64,000 nucleotides of DNA from a virus (taxonomy: Duplodnaviria > Caudoviricetes), in IMG/VR virus record IMGVR_UViG_3300037455_000221, positions 32,001-96,000 of that record. One strand, 5' to 3'. How positions within the stretch are numbered: position 1 is the first letter of the stretch; each line of letters begins with the position of its first letter. Below the pieces are notes generated by a model. It was given only the letters and a program-made list of their open reading frames with translations, ran no database searches and was not told where the DNA came from. Of the stretch, positions 18,284 to 29,300 are shown in pieces. The position numbers and the translations under genes were made by a program.

Positions 18284-18293
18284 GGTGATAATT

Positions 18294-18449
18294 ATGGATA
18301 TTACTGGATCAGTTGCGCCTCAACTTATAATCAACAGCCGTGACGTGCAATTTTGCCCCGTGCTGGTGTCTGAATTAACAGATATAGAACTTATTATAAC
18401 AGAGCAAACACCTGTCGTAGAGCTTATTATAGATGCTTACGCGGGGTGA
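18294..18449 (+). CDS. 51-aa hypothetical protein
   Basis: RBS GAGGTG; fills the gap; not in the ORF track. Confidence 0.5.
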   Translation: MDITGSVAPQLIINSRDVQFCPVLVSELTDIELIITEQTPVVELIIDAYAG

Positions 18450-18466
18450 TAAAAAGGAGAAAAAGG

Positions 18467-18700
18467 ATGAATGAAAAGAGATATGAAACAAGTAAGATAA
18501 CCGGAAGGACATACGAGCTATTCTCACAGATAAGAATACTAAATATACAGCAATGTATTTTTTATCTGGAGAATGGCGTTGTCCTTAATGATATAGAAAT
18601 TAGTGAAGACCGTAAGACGCATCAGCCGATTATGGTCTTTTTATTTAATAGAGAAGACACTTACGATGCCTATGATAAATGGTGTAAGCGTCATCAGTAA
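18467..18700 (+). CDS. Hypothetical protein
   Basis: ORF with RBS; FxREDTYDAYDKW. Confidence 0.65.
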   Translation: MNEKRYETSKITGRTYELFSQIRILNIQQCIFYLENGVVLNDIEISEDRKTHQPIMVFLFNREDTYDAYDKWCKRHQ

Positions 18701-18710
18701 GGAGACGTTT

Positions 18711-19208
18711 ATGAGGATAATGGGCATTGATGCTAGTACGACATGTTCGGGTGTGGCGGTAATTGAGGATGGCAAACTTATATATCATGATGCTATTGAT
18801 ATGAAGAAGAATAAGGATGCTGAGCAGCGAGTTAAAAACATGATGAGTGAGTTGGGTGAGATCATAAAAGCCTACTCTCCCACTGCCGTATATATTGAGG
18901 ATTCATGGAATAAACAAAATATTGAAACCACGAAGATGTTATCTAATTTGTTAGGCGCAGTGATGTATGTGTGCCAGGATCTTGGGTGTGAGTTTACAAA
19001 ATTACTTCCATCAGCTTGGCGTAGTTTAACCGGGATAAAAATGGTTGGTAAAGGCGGTACACATCTTAAACGCACTGAGCTTAAGCAAGAGGCTGTAAGT
19101 AAAGTAAAAAAGAATTACAAGATAGATTGTGGCGACGATGAAGCCGAAGCTATATGTATTGCTGAGGCTGGGTGGTTGTCACAAGATTCTGAGTGTTTAT
19201 TTGAATGA
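18711..19208 (+). CDS. RuvC-like Holliday junction resolvase
   Basis: IMGIDASTTCSG, VYIED, DDEAEAICI. Confidence 0.85.
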   Translation: MRIMGIDASTTCSGVAVIEDGKLIYHDAIDMKKNKDAEQRVKNMMSELGEIIKAYSPTAVYIEDSWNKQNIETTKMLSNLLGAVMYVCQDLGCEFTKLLPSAWRSLTGIKMVGKGGTHLKRTELKQEAVSKVKKNYKIDCGDDEAEAICIAEAGWLSQDSECLFE

Positions 19209-19221
19209 AAGGAAAATGATT

Positions 19222-19767
19222 ATGAATATAGAATTATTTATGAAACAAATGAACGGCGAGCATAAGGAAGGTATCATACAAAAACATATTACTAGACAAT
19301 ATATTCCTATTGAAGAAAAAATAGCAAGAGCAAAGAAAATAATTGAAATATCTTGTTATAAAGATATGGTAGATCAAAATGGGAATATTCAAAAAATATT
19401 TTGGGTTAATTCAGTCACTAAACATTTCCTTACTATTAAATCTATAATAGAAATGTATACTGATCTTACTTTTTCAGAGAATATAACTAAGGATTACAAT
19501 ATGCTTAACGAAAAAAAGTACGATGAATTAATCTTAAGTTTATTACCAATGGAAGATGTAATATCTTTCAATAACATAATAGACATGGTGTATGATGATG
19601 AATATGAGAATGTAAATTCTATTCAAGGTAGATTTAAAAATCTTATATTTGGATTTGATAATATACTTGGAAAAGCACTTGAAGAGATAGTTTATAATCA
19701 GATAAAGGAGGACGAATCTGATGGCAAGGAACGCGAGTTTAAGGAGTCTGATCCAACAGAGAATTAA
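19222..19767 (+). CDS. Hypothetical protein (tail chaperone-like position)
   Basis: Synteny before the TMP. Confidence 0.55.
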   Translation: MNIELFMKQMNGEHKEGIIQKHITRQYIPIEEKIARAKKIIEISCYKDMVDQNGNIQKIFWVNSVTKHFLTIKSIIEMYTDLTFSENITKDYNMLNEKKYDELILSLLPMEDVISFNNIIDMVYDDEYENVNSIQGRFKNLIFGFDNILGKALEEIVYNQIKEDESDGKEREFKESDPTEN

Positions 19768-20353
19768 AGGTATCTATAAAAAATATATTGTGCAATTCGA
19801 AAAAGATGTAATGCAAGATATAAAGTCAGATTTCAAAGATTCAATTGATATATGGATAAAAACATTTACATCTTGGAAGCAATCAAAAAATCAACCGGAT
19901 CATAATAGATTTGATGTTTTGTACGCTGCCAGTAGCTTATACCCTGATAAAAATCCCAATGTAAAAAGAATTGGTGAGTTTGGATATATATCACAAATGG
20001 AAGTAGGGCCAGAATATCTCGATCAAAACAGAGTAAAATTCATATCGCAATGGGGAGATGCTAGTGGGAATGTATTCCCTAATACCGCCGCATATAATTT
20101 AATGTATGAAGCTGGTATATATGGTTATTGTATCGATATAGTCAAACGTTCATGGTATAAAAATGAAAAGCCTAGTAAAAGAAAAAAGATAATAGACTTT
20201 TTATTGTTGGAAAATGTGATTCCTCCCAATCCATTTGATACGCCTGATAGTATTATGAATCAGAAATTTAAAAGAATTCAATCTCAAGCGTATTTAGATA
20301 GAAAGTGGGAAAAATATAATAAGAAAGTTATTCGTGATTTAAAGAACAAATAG
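19721..20353 (+). CDS. Hypothetical basic protein preceding the TMP
   Basis: RBS AAGGAGG; AT-rich. Confidence 0.55.
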   Translation: MARNASLRSLIQQRIKGIYKKYIVQFEKDVMQDIKSDFKDSIDIWIKTFTSWKQSKNQPDHNRFDVLYAASSLYPDKNPNVKRIGEFGYISQMEVGPEYLDQNRVKFISQWGDASGNVFPNTAAYNLMYEAGIYGYCIDIVKRSWYKNEKPSKRKKIIDFLLLENVIPPNPFDTPDSIMNQKFKRIQSQAYLDRKWEKYNKKVIRDLKNK

Positions 20354-20381
20354 AGAGATGTTGTAAAAACATCTCTTTTTT
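20354..20381 (+). terminator. Intrinsic terminator-like hairpin
   Basis: AGAGATGTT..AACATCTCT-TTTTT. Confidence 0.55.
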
Positions 20382-20399
20382 ATATATGGAGGTGTTTTT

Positions 20400-23300
20400 A
20401 TGGCAGAGGCTTTATATTCAATTAAAGTAGAAATTGATGAAAAAACTCTTAAACAAACTACAGCAAAGACTCAGCAATATATAGAAAAACGCTTAGGTAA
20501 TAATAAGGTAAAACTGAACCTTGGAACATCTGATATTGGACAAGCTCTTGGAGCCTTAAAAGAAATGGCCGGCGATAATAAAGAAATGGCTGCGTCGCTG
20601 GAGAAAACTTTCCTTACACAACAAGGAAAGATGGTCAATGCTGATCTAAGAAGTTATAAGCGTATTAACGCAAACTTTAATAAGAACAGAAAATACGATA
20701 CTGTTCTTAATAACTATTACAAAAAGTTTGAAAGGTTAAATACTAAATATGGAGAGTCTGATTCGCTAAAAGATCAACTTAGATTAATTAATGGCGTAAA
20801 AGGATTATTCACAGATATCACTACTGCAAAGAAATTAAATCTTACTTCTTACGATGGACATGACGTTCCAGATAAAATAGATAGTGACAACTTATATAGG
20901 GATCTTACAAGAAAAATTCTTTCGGAGCTGAGATCTAATATGTCAACCATGATGAATCCTGATATACAAAATGCAATCAGTGATTTAGAGAAGTGGGTTG
21001 AAAGTACAGGTAAAAGAAATACATATAATCTTTATAATGAAGGTGATATAGGATCGGTTATAAAGTCATTAACAGATTCAAAAGCTAATATTGATAAATG
21101 GAAGCAACAAGCTGTTAATGCTGTTAAGCAATCAACTGAAGAGATCAATAATGTAGCTAAGGTTGCTAACAATGCTCAAAAGTCAATTGCAAAATCTTCA
21201 GGGAATAAAGGGAAAAAGAAGTTATCTTTAGAGGCCTTACAAAATCAATACGACGAAATTGTTGGTAAAGATTTAGATGATACTGAAATTACTGAAGAAG
21301 AAAAAGAACAATTAATTAATGTATTAAATGAAATAAAAACAAAAAACTCAGAAATTTATAAAACATTAATAGAAGATCTATCGGAATATATAGGTAATAC
21401 TTTTGTTGAAAATAACGAACATATCTTTAAAGATGTTTTAAATAACATTGAAAATTCTGATATTAAATCTTCAACCAAGGTCTTTGATGATAGTTTATCT
21501 AAGATTATTAATAATATTAAATCAGATCATGATAGAAAAAAAGATAATAAATATATTGAAGATATGTTAATTGATCGCCTTGATTATATTCTTGGTGATG
21601 AAAATAGATCATATAAAGGGAAAAAAGCCTTAACAAATGAAGAAATAAATGAGATTGTTGAAATATTAAAGTATTCAGCTATCGCCGACAAGATGTCATA
21701 TAACGGCAAAACAAGACCGGGATTATATAATAATGTAAAATCTCATTATGAAGATTTATTATTTTATGCAAGTGATGCAGAAGGATATAATGCTAAGTCG
21801 TTTAAAGATTTAGGTACTGCAATAAAATCCGTAAATGCATTTGTTGATAATTTATCTTCCGGAGATATAAATAATCTCGATCTTGTAACAAAAGAAAAAT
21901 CAAATAAATTTATACAAAATATTTCTAGAATTCAAAAACAAATATCTTCTTTTAATGATTATCTTGAAGTTATTGGTAGATTAACAGATTTAAATGGATA
22001 TAGTGATTTTGGCGAAATGGGATTTAATGGAACCAAAATCTCACATAACGAAGGTGGATCTGTTAGAGTAGGTGGAAAAACTAGGATGATAGATTATCAC
22101 TCTCATCCTTGGCAAGGATATAAAAATCTTATGCCGTCCGCCTCGGATTTACGCAGTTATTTATATGCATTGAATGATAATAAAGATAAAAATGGTAATC
22201 CTTATCTTAAAGAAGCATATATTTCGCAAGGTGATAGATTATTAAAAATAGATTTTAGTAATATAGATTGGGGTAAAACTTCTCCTGAAGAATTAAGAAA
22301 AGAATTATTTTCTACCATAATGCAAGCCGTTAAAGATGCGGGAGGAGAAATAAAAAATTCAAAATCCTTTAAGGATAAAGAATGGTATACATCTTCAGAC
22401 CCAAGATTGTCTGGGCAAATTGAAGAAGCTGTAAATAGCGCAATGCTTTCAGTACTTTCTAAGTATGGAGGCAATGTGGGTATGGCTCATAAAAATGCTT
22501 CGGGTCAATATGTTGATATGCAAACCGGAGAAATATGGGCTGGTAATAAAGAGGTTAACGAGAAATATTTTGATAAAGATATTTTTAATGGAGCTGATGA
22601 AATAGGGAAAGCCGCATCTGAGATAAGAATTGCTGCTGAAACAATTGAAAGAGCTGCAGAGATATTAACAGGAAATGACAATGATATTCATGCGGCTTCT
22701 GATGAAATAGAGCAAATTTCAGAAGGTGCTGTTTTTTCTTTACTTGATTCTATTACTAAAGAGATTCAGCGAACCAATACTAAGTTGAGTGGTAAAAATG
22801 GTATTGGAGGCACTGCTCAAGTTGGAGTATTAGAAACACTGCGAGAAAACCTAAGAGAGTTCCTGCTGACAGACAGGACGGGCGTTGAAGTATTCGGTGG
22901 TATAAAACATGAATTTAATCAAGTTCGTACAGAGAATGATATAATACTTGCTAATAAAAAATTATATACAAGTTTAGTAGCTATAACAAAAGAACTGTCT
23001 GTATTAAAATCTAAAGGATTAGGAAGAACTAAGGAATACAGAGATAAACTTGCAGAAAGAAAACGAATTACTGCCAACTTAGATTCAGCCAATGAAGAAC
23101 AAGGATATTTAATGGATTTAGCAACAGCAGAAGCAAATGCATTAGTTGCTAAACAACTTCGTGAACAACTTGATAAAGATCAAAAACAAGCAAAGGCAGC
23201 AGTAGATACAAAGATTAACGCTGGCTATGTTATTGATAGCGCTTTCCAAAAAGCTTATGAAGGCTTTGATGCCAGTGCGTTAAAAAAGATGGCCGACTTA

Positions 23301-26300
23301 ATGGAGGTCATGAATGGTAATAAAGCCGGTATTAATGTAGATACATTATTTAAATCGGTTCAAGGTATAATTACTGGTCTTGAAGATGCAAGACGTAATT
23401 TAGGTGCTAATGTTTCAAGAGCACCTAAACAAACGACTCCTGTTTCAGATAAAGACATTTCTGCTTTTGTTAATAGGATTAATAGAGAAATCCAAAAAAC
23501 TGGTATTAATGCCGTAACTGGTGGCTCTGGACAAGTTTCTGAATTAGCAAAATTAAGAGATGCTGTTCAGAATATTAATCCTAATGATCGTGATGCATGG
23601 GATGATTATAATAAACAGTTTGAAATATTAACTGGTCAAAATAATATTATAGAAGGTAATGAAAAATTATATAGGCAACTTGTAGAAATAACACAAGACT
23701 TAATTAATTTAAAATTACAAGGCAAAGATACATCAAGAGGATATCAGAATAAGTCAAATCAAAGGGAAGCAATTTTAAATAAAATTGGTGTTGCGGGAAC
23801 GAATAGAGATGCGTTAGACAAAGAGGCTAGTAAAGACGCATATTCCGCAATAGCTTCTAAGTTAATTGATAGCGTTACTAAGATTGGAAATGATACTGCG
23901 CTTGATTTTCAAGCAAAGTTTAATAAAGGATTTGATTTTGAAGATGAATTCTATAAACCATATGTTCAACTTAGTAAAGATGCAAAGGCTATAATTGAGA
24001 GACTTATGCTCGTTATGGAGGGCACAGCTACAGATGCTCAGAAGGACATAGAAGAAGCCGGTAATATTATTAAACAATTAACGGATGTAAAATCTAATAT
24101 AAATTCAAAAGCAATTAAACAAGTTGCTCCGGTAGAAGGTTCAAAGATATCTTCTCGCATTGATCAATTCTCAGCATTTATCAATAAAAAAGGGGTTTCT
24201 GTTGATGAAAATTTAAATAATTCTCTTTTACAATATATTGAGAAATTAAAGAATTTTGAAAATGATGATACAAGAAATCCTAGAATTTATGAAATGCTCG
24301 AACAAGAAGGTGATCAGCTTAAGGAGCAAATTAATGCCTTAGATCAGATTATTAAGAGATATGAGGAAACATATCAGTTACGTGTTAAAATTGCAGAGCT
24401 TGAAATCTCTGGTGAAAATCCGGAAGCTTTAGCTGATTATAATGAAGAATTAAAAAAAGAAAAGGATATTATTTCCTCAATTGCACAATCGTTTGGTGTT
24501 GATGATAGTATTACTGCAAAAATATTTGGAGATCCGTCTGAATATGAAGGCAAAAGAAAAGAATATGTAGCAAAATTACAAAATACAATTCGCGGTATAG
24601 AAACTGCTAAACTGAACGAAGAAAAAAGAGGTTATGGATATACTGAAGATTATGAAAACAGATTTAAGGTAGCAAAAGATTATACCGATTATTTAGTCAA
24701 AAGATTACAAGACACTAAGCTGTCTACGGATGAAATAAAAGAAGCATTAAAAGAGGCTTATAGATTTGTTGATGATATTAATGAGGCAGATGGATTACAA
24801 CAATTAAAAAGAGATACTCATTCAAGCGAATCTGTTATTGTAAAAAGAAATCAGGCAGCCAATCTATTTTCTTCAGCTTCTACTCTGTTAACCAAGACAA
24901 GTGGGTTTGGAGTGAGTAAAGAAGATAGAATAGAAATATATAAGATATATGCGGAATTAAAAAATATATCAGATGCTGCTGATAAGGCTGGCGGAGAAAT
25001 GTCTGATCTGAATAGAATCAGATATGATGAACTTACAGCAAGAATAAAGGATTTAACTGCAAAGTATAAAGAGTTAGGTGTATACGGAAATAATCTCTTC
25101 TCTAGAATTGGTAGAACAATTAAAGCACAAACTATTAGTGCTCTTTCTCGTTATTTCTCTTTATATGATATTATTCGTTATGTGCGCAGTGGAATTAATA
25201 CCATTAAAGAGCTTGATACAGCAATGGTTGAGCTTCGCAAGGTTACTGATGGCACTGCTCAAGAGTATGAAGATTTCAGGAAAGAGATTAATGCAACCGC
25301 TAGTGAAATTGCATCTACTAATAAAGATTTAATTAGTTCTGCAGCGGATTGGGCTAGATTAGGTTATTCGATTAAAGAAGCTACTGAACTTGCTAGGGAC
25401 GCTCAGATATTTGTAAATGTTGGAGATGGTGTTGACATTAAGGGCGCAACCGATATGATGATCACCGCCATGAAGGCATTCAACATTGAGGCTGACGAAG
25501 CATTATCAATTGTAGATAAGTATAATGAGATAGGTAATAATTTCGCATTATCAGCTACTGATATTGGTGATGCGATGCAGCGATCTGCTTCAGTTCTTGC
25601 AGCATCCAATACATCATTTGATGAATCAATAGCACTTATTACTGCCGGTAATGAAATAATCCAGGATCCTGAAAAGATGGGTACAGCTCTTAGAACTGTA
25701 GCTCTTCGTATTCGTGGTGCGAAAGCCGAGCTTGAAGAAATGGGTGAAGAAACGGATTATGTTGTAAACTCAACTTCAAAGCTTCGTGAACTTATTAAGG
25801 GTTATACAAGTATTGGTGGTAAATATGAAGGCTTTGATATCATGGAAGACGAAGATACCTTCAAATCTCTTGCAGATATTATTAAAGGTATTGGTGAAGT
25901 CTATGATGAAATGTCTGATATTGATCGTACAGCAATGCTTGATAAACTTGCTGGTAAAAATAGATCAAATGCTCTTGCAGCAATGCTTCAGAATTATAAA
26001 CAGATAGATAATGTTCTTATGTCTATTGAAGAATCTGAAGGATCTGCTATTAGAGAAAACGAGCACATCGTTGATTCGATTCAGGGTAGAATAACAAAAT
26101 TACAAACTGCAGCTGAGAATTTCTGGCAAGCATTTTTAGATACAGATTTAATTAAAGATGCAGTTAGTGCCCTTACCGAATTATTAAATAAATTAACTGA
26201 ATTTATAGATAAGCATGGAAGCGGTGAATTGCTAGCGGGTATAGCTAGCATTGCAACTCTTAGATTCACAGGAGTTGGAAATGGTTTTATCAATTCTATA

Positions 26301-29300
26301 AAGACAATAATACAGTCAAAGGTTGCGATAAGTGCTACTCAAAATGCATTATCTCAATTAACACAAGGGACTGAAGAATATATTCAGGCAGAAAAAGAAT
26401 TAGCTGATCTTAATACTTTATGTCAGGGAAGTTTTAATTCTTTAAAAATTTCAGTTAATAAAGTAATAGGAGCCCTTAAGAAAATAGGCCCAGTTGGTTG
26501 GGGTGTTATAGCTGCTATAACAGCGATTGGTGTCGTTATAACTGAACTTACAAAGAAAGAAATAAAACAAATACAGAAAGTAAAAGAATTAGCTGATGAA
26601 TATAGCAGTAGTACTAAGGAGTTAAGTAAATATAAAGAAAAAATTGGACAACTTCAATCAATATTAAGAGATGAATCTTCTACAACTGATGAACTCATAG
26701 GAGCAAAAGAAGGTTTAAATGAAATTAATGAGCAATTAATGTCTTCGTATGAAAGTTTGAAGGGACGTATTGATTTAGCAAATATGTCACTTGAAGACAC
26801 TGTTGATTTGATTAATAAACTTGATCAAAAGAAATTAAACGATATAATTACAGCAGCTACCGGAAGAGAATCTGATTTTGCATATGCGCTTTCTGACGGA
26901 TTTGATTTTACAGATCTTGGAAAAGTATTTAATGGTAGTAGGTCTGAATTAGACAGAGCGATTAATTTTTATTTAAATGGATTAGATGCTAGGAATAATA
27001 CGACACTTCAAGCAGGCCTTAGTCATCTTGATACTACTAAAACTGCGCGTGAACAATATGCTGAGCTGTTAAAATTAATAGATGAACAAACAGCTATTAT
27101 ATTAGATGAAAATAGTAGTGCATTTACCAAATGGGAAGCAGAACGATTAAATTCTATTTTATTAGCAACTAAAGATGCCTTTGACGAGACTTTCGAACAG
27201 CTAGGTAATATTGAGGCAGCATATGGAAGTACATTGTTATCAAAATATGAAGATGCATATTCTAAATACCAAAATGCTGAATTAAATTATATATTAGATA
27301 AAAGTGAAGAAACAAAAAATGCGTTAAGCCAAGCATTAAGAGATTTATGGAAGACTGCTTCAGAAGAAGATAAAGTTGCAATTGAAGAATACATGAAAAT
27401 AAAATATGGAGAATCGTTCGGAACTCCTGATGATTGGAATTTTGACGACTATCAAAATAATAGAGTATTTATTCGTCATGCAACTGGTCGTTATATTGGT
27501 GATGATAGTAAGAATGGCGATATTACGAACTTACTTTCATTTAACAATTTAGATGAAGCATTAGAATATATAATAGAAAAAACTGGGAAAGAATTAAAGT
27601 CTCAGGAATTTATAGATTGGGCTTCAGTTAGCGATAGTGAGTTAGTATCATTGCGCGGGCATGGTGCTGATAATGAAATAGATTCAGGACTTATTCTGTT
27701 TAGAGAGCTTGTTAAAACTAGTGGGCAAGATTTAGATTATTTTATTGACAGATTAGAAGAACTTGGATATTCCATATCTCCAAAAGAAGATTATTTTAGA
27801 CAATATTTAGAAAAATCTCGCAATGAATCTATTGCAAAATTTGGATCTGGTTTTGCTGATCAATTTGATAAATTGAATCTTTCCACCGGAACACAAATAG
27901 ATATTTGGAATAGTATTAGAGATCAAGCTACTAATGCAGCAGAAGCGGTTGAAATGTATCGTCTTAAGATGAGCGGGCTTGAAGCGTCTACTAGTGCTAA
28001 TGATGTTCTTAAAGATATGGAAGAACAGTATAAGCCTACATTTGACGCAATGGCTGAAGCATATAAGGCTATATGGGATGATAAAAATGTATTCCAGGGA
28101 ATGGATAAAATCACTTCCGAACAGATTAATTCTGTACGTTCACAATTAGAAAGCGTTAATTCTAGTCTTAAAGAAAATGGATTAGATATGATTGATTCGT
28201 CTGAAATTGATGATTTCATACTTACGCTTTCCGACGCTGATGCAACGGCTGATGAAGTTCAAGCTGCATTTGACAATATCGCCACGGTGCTTGTTGACAG
28301 TTTAAATCCGGCATTAGGTCAAGCTTCTGGGGAAACTGCTGAATTAATGCAGAAAACACTTACTGAACTTGGTGTCACCAATGCTGAAGCAGTTGTATTT
28401 AGTAGACTTGGATATACAGCTGAAACATATGCAAAGGCTAAAGAAGCTGCCGATGCAGCTGACATAGATCTTGATGCCGAACTTAGTTCATTAAGCGATG
28501 AAGAATTACAAATAGTTGCAAATAATGAAGCATTAATGGCTTATTATAATGGTAAATTGCTTGTTGGAGGAGCAGAAATAACTACTCCTGAAGAAGCTCA
28601 ATTGCTTATTGATTATTGTAACCAAATGGGCATTGCTCAACTTGGTACTTTAAATCTTGCTAGTGCCGAAAGAGAATTACGTGCCGCAATTGATCAGACT
28701 AATGAAGGTATTAGAATTGGCAATATGGAACTTCAAGCAAGAGGAGAAGTTGGAATAGCTAACATTATTAAACAACTTAATAGTGAGAAAGCTAAAGTTA
28801 AATTTGGAGCCAAAACCATATTTAATGGCAATGAAAATAAATCTTCTTCTGGTTCTACTAAGTCTTCTGACTCTAAGCAGAAGTTTGACTGGATCGAGCG
28901 CGCCATCAAAAAGATACAGCGTGCAGTTACTAATCTTGGTAAGATAGCAGATGCTACATATAAATCATGGGGTGAACGTCTTGATGCTATTATGGGCAAG
29001 ACGCAAGAGTTCCATGATGAAATTGGTAGATTTGGACAAGGTAATATTGATTTATATAATCGTCCTCAATACATAAATGAAGATGGGTCTATATCTACTG
29101 TAAGGAGTATGTCATTTGGCGATGAATTTGGAAATGAAATATTAGTTCCAACCATAGCTTTTGATAATAATGGTAATCCTTATTCAATGTCTGACGATGA
29201 AGCGATTGCTCGTTATTATGAAACTGGTGAATATCTTGGTTTATTCAAGTCAGTTGAAGAAGCTGAAGAATATGCAGAGAAACTTCATGAGCAACAAGAC

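Noticed and set aside
19222-20353. Programmed frameshift of a tail chaperone
   Set aside because: The second ORF has its own strong RBS and I could not identify a convincing slippery site
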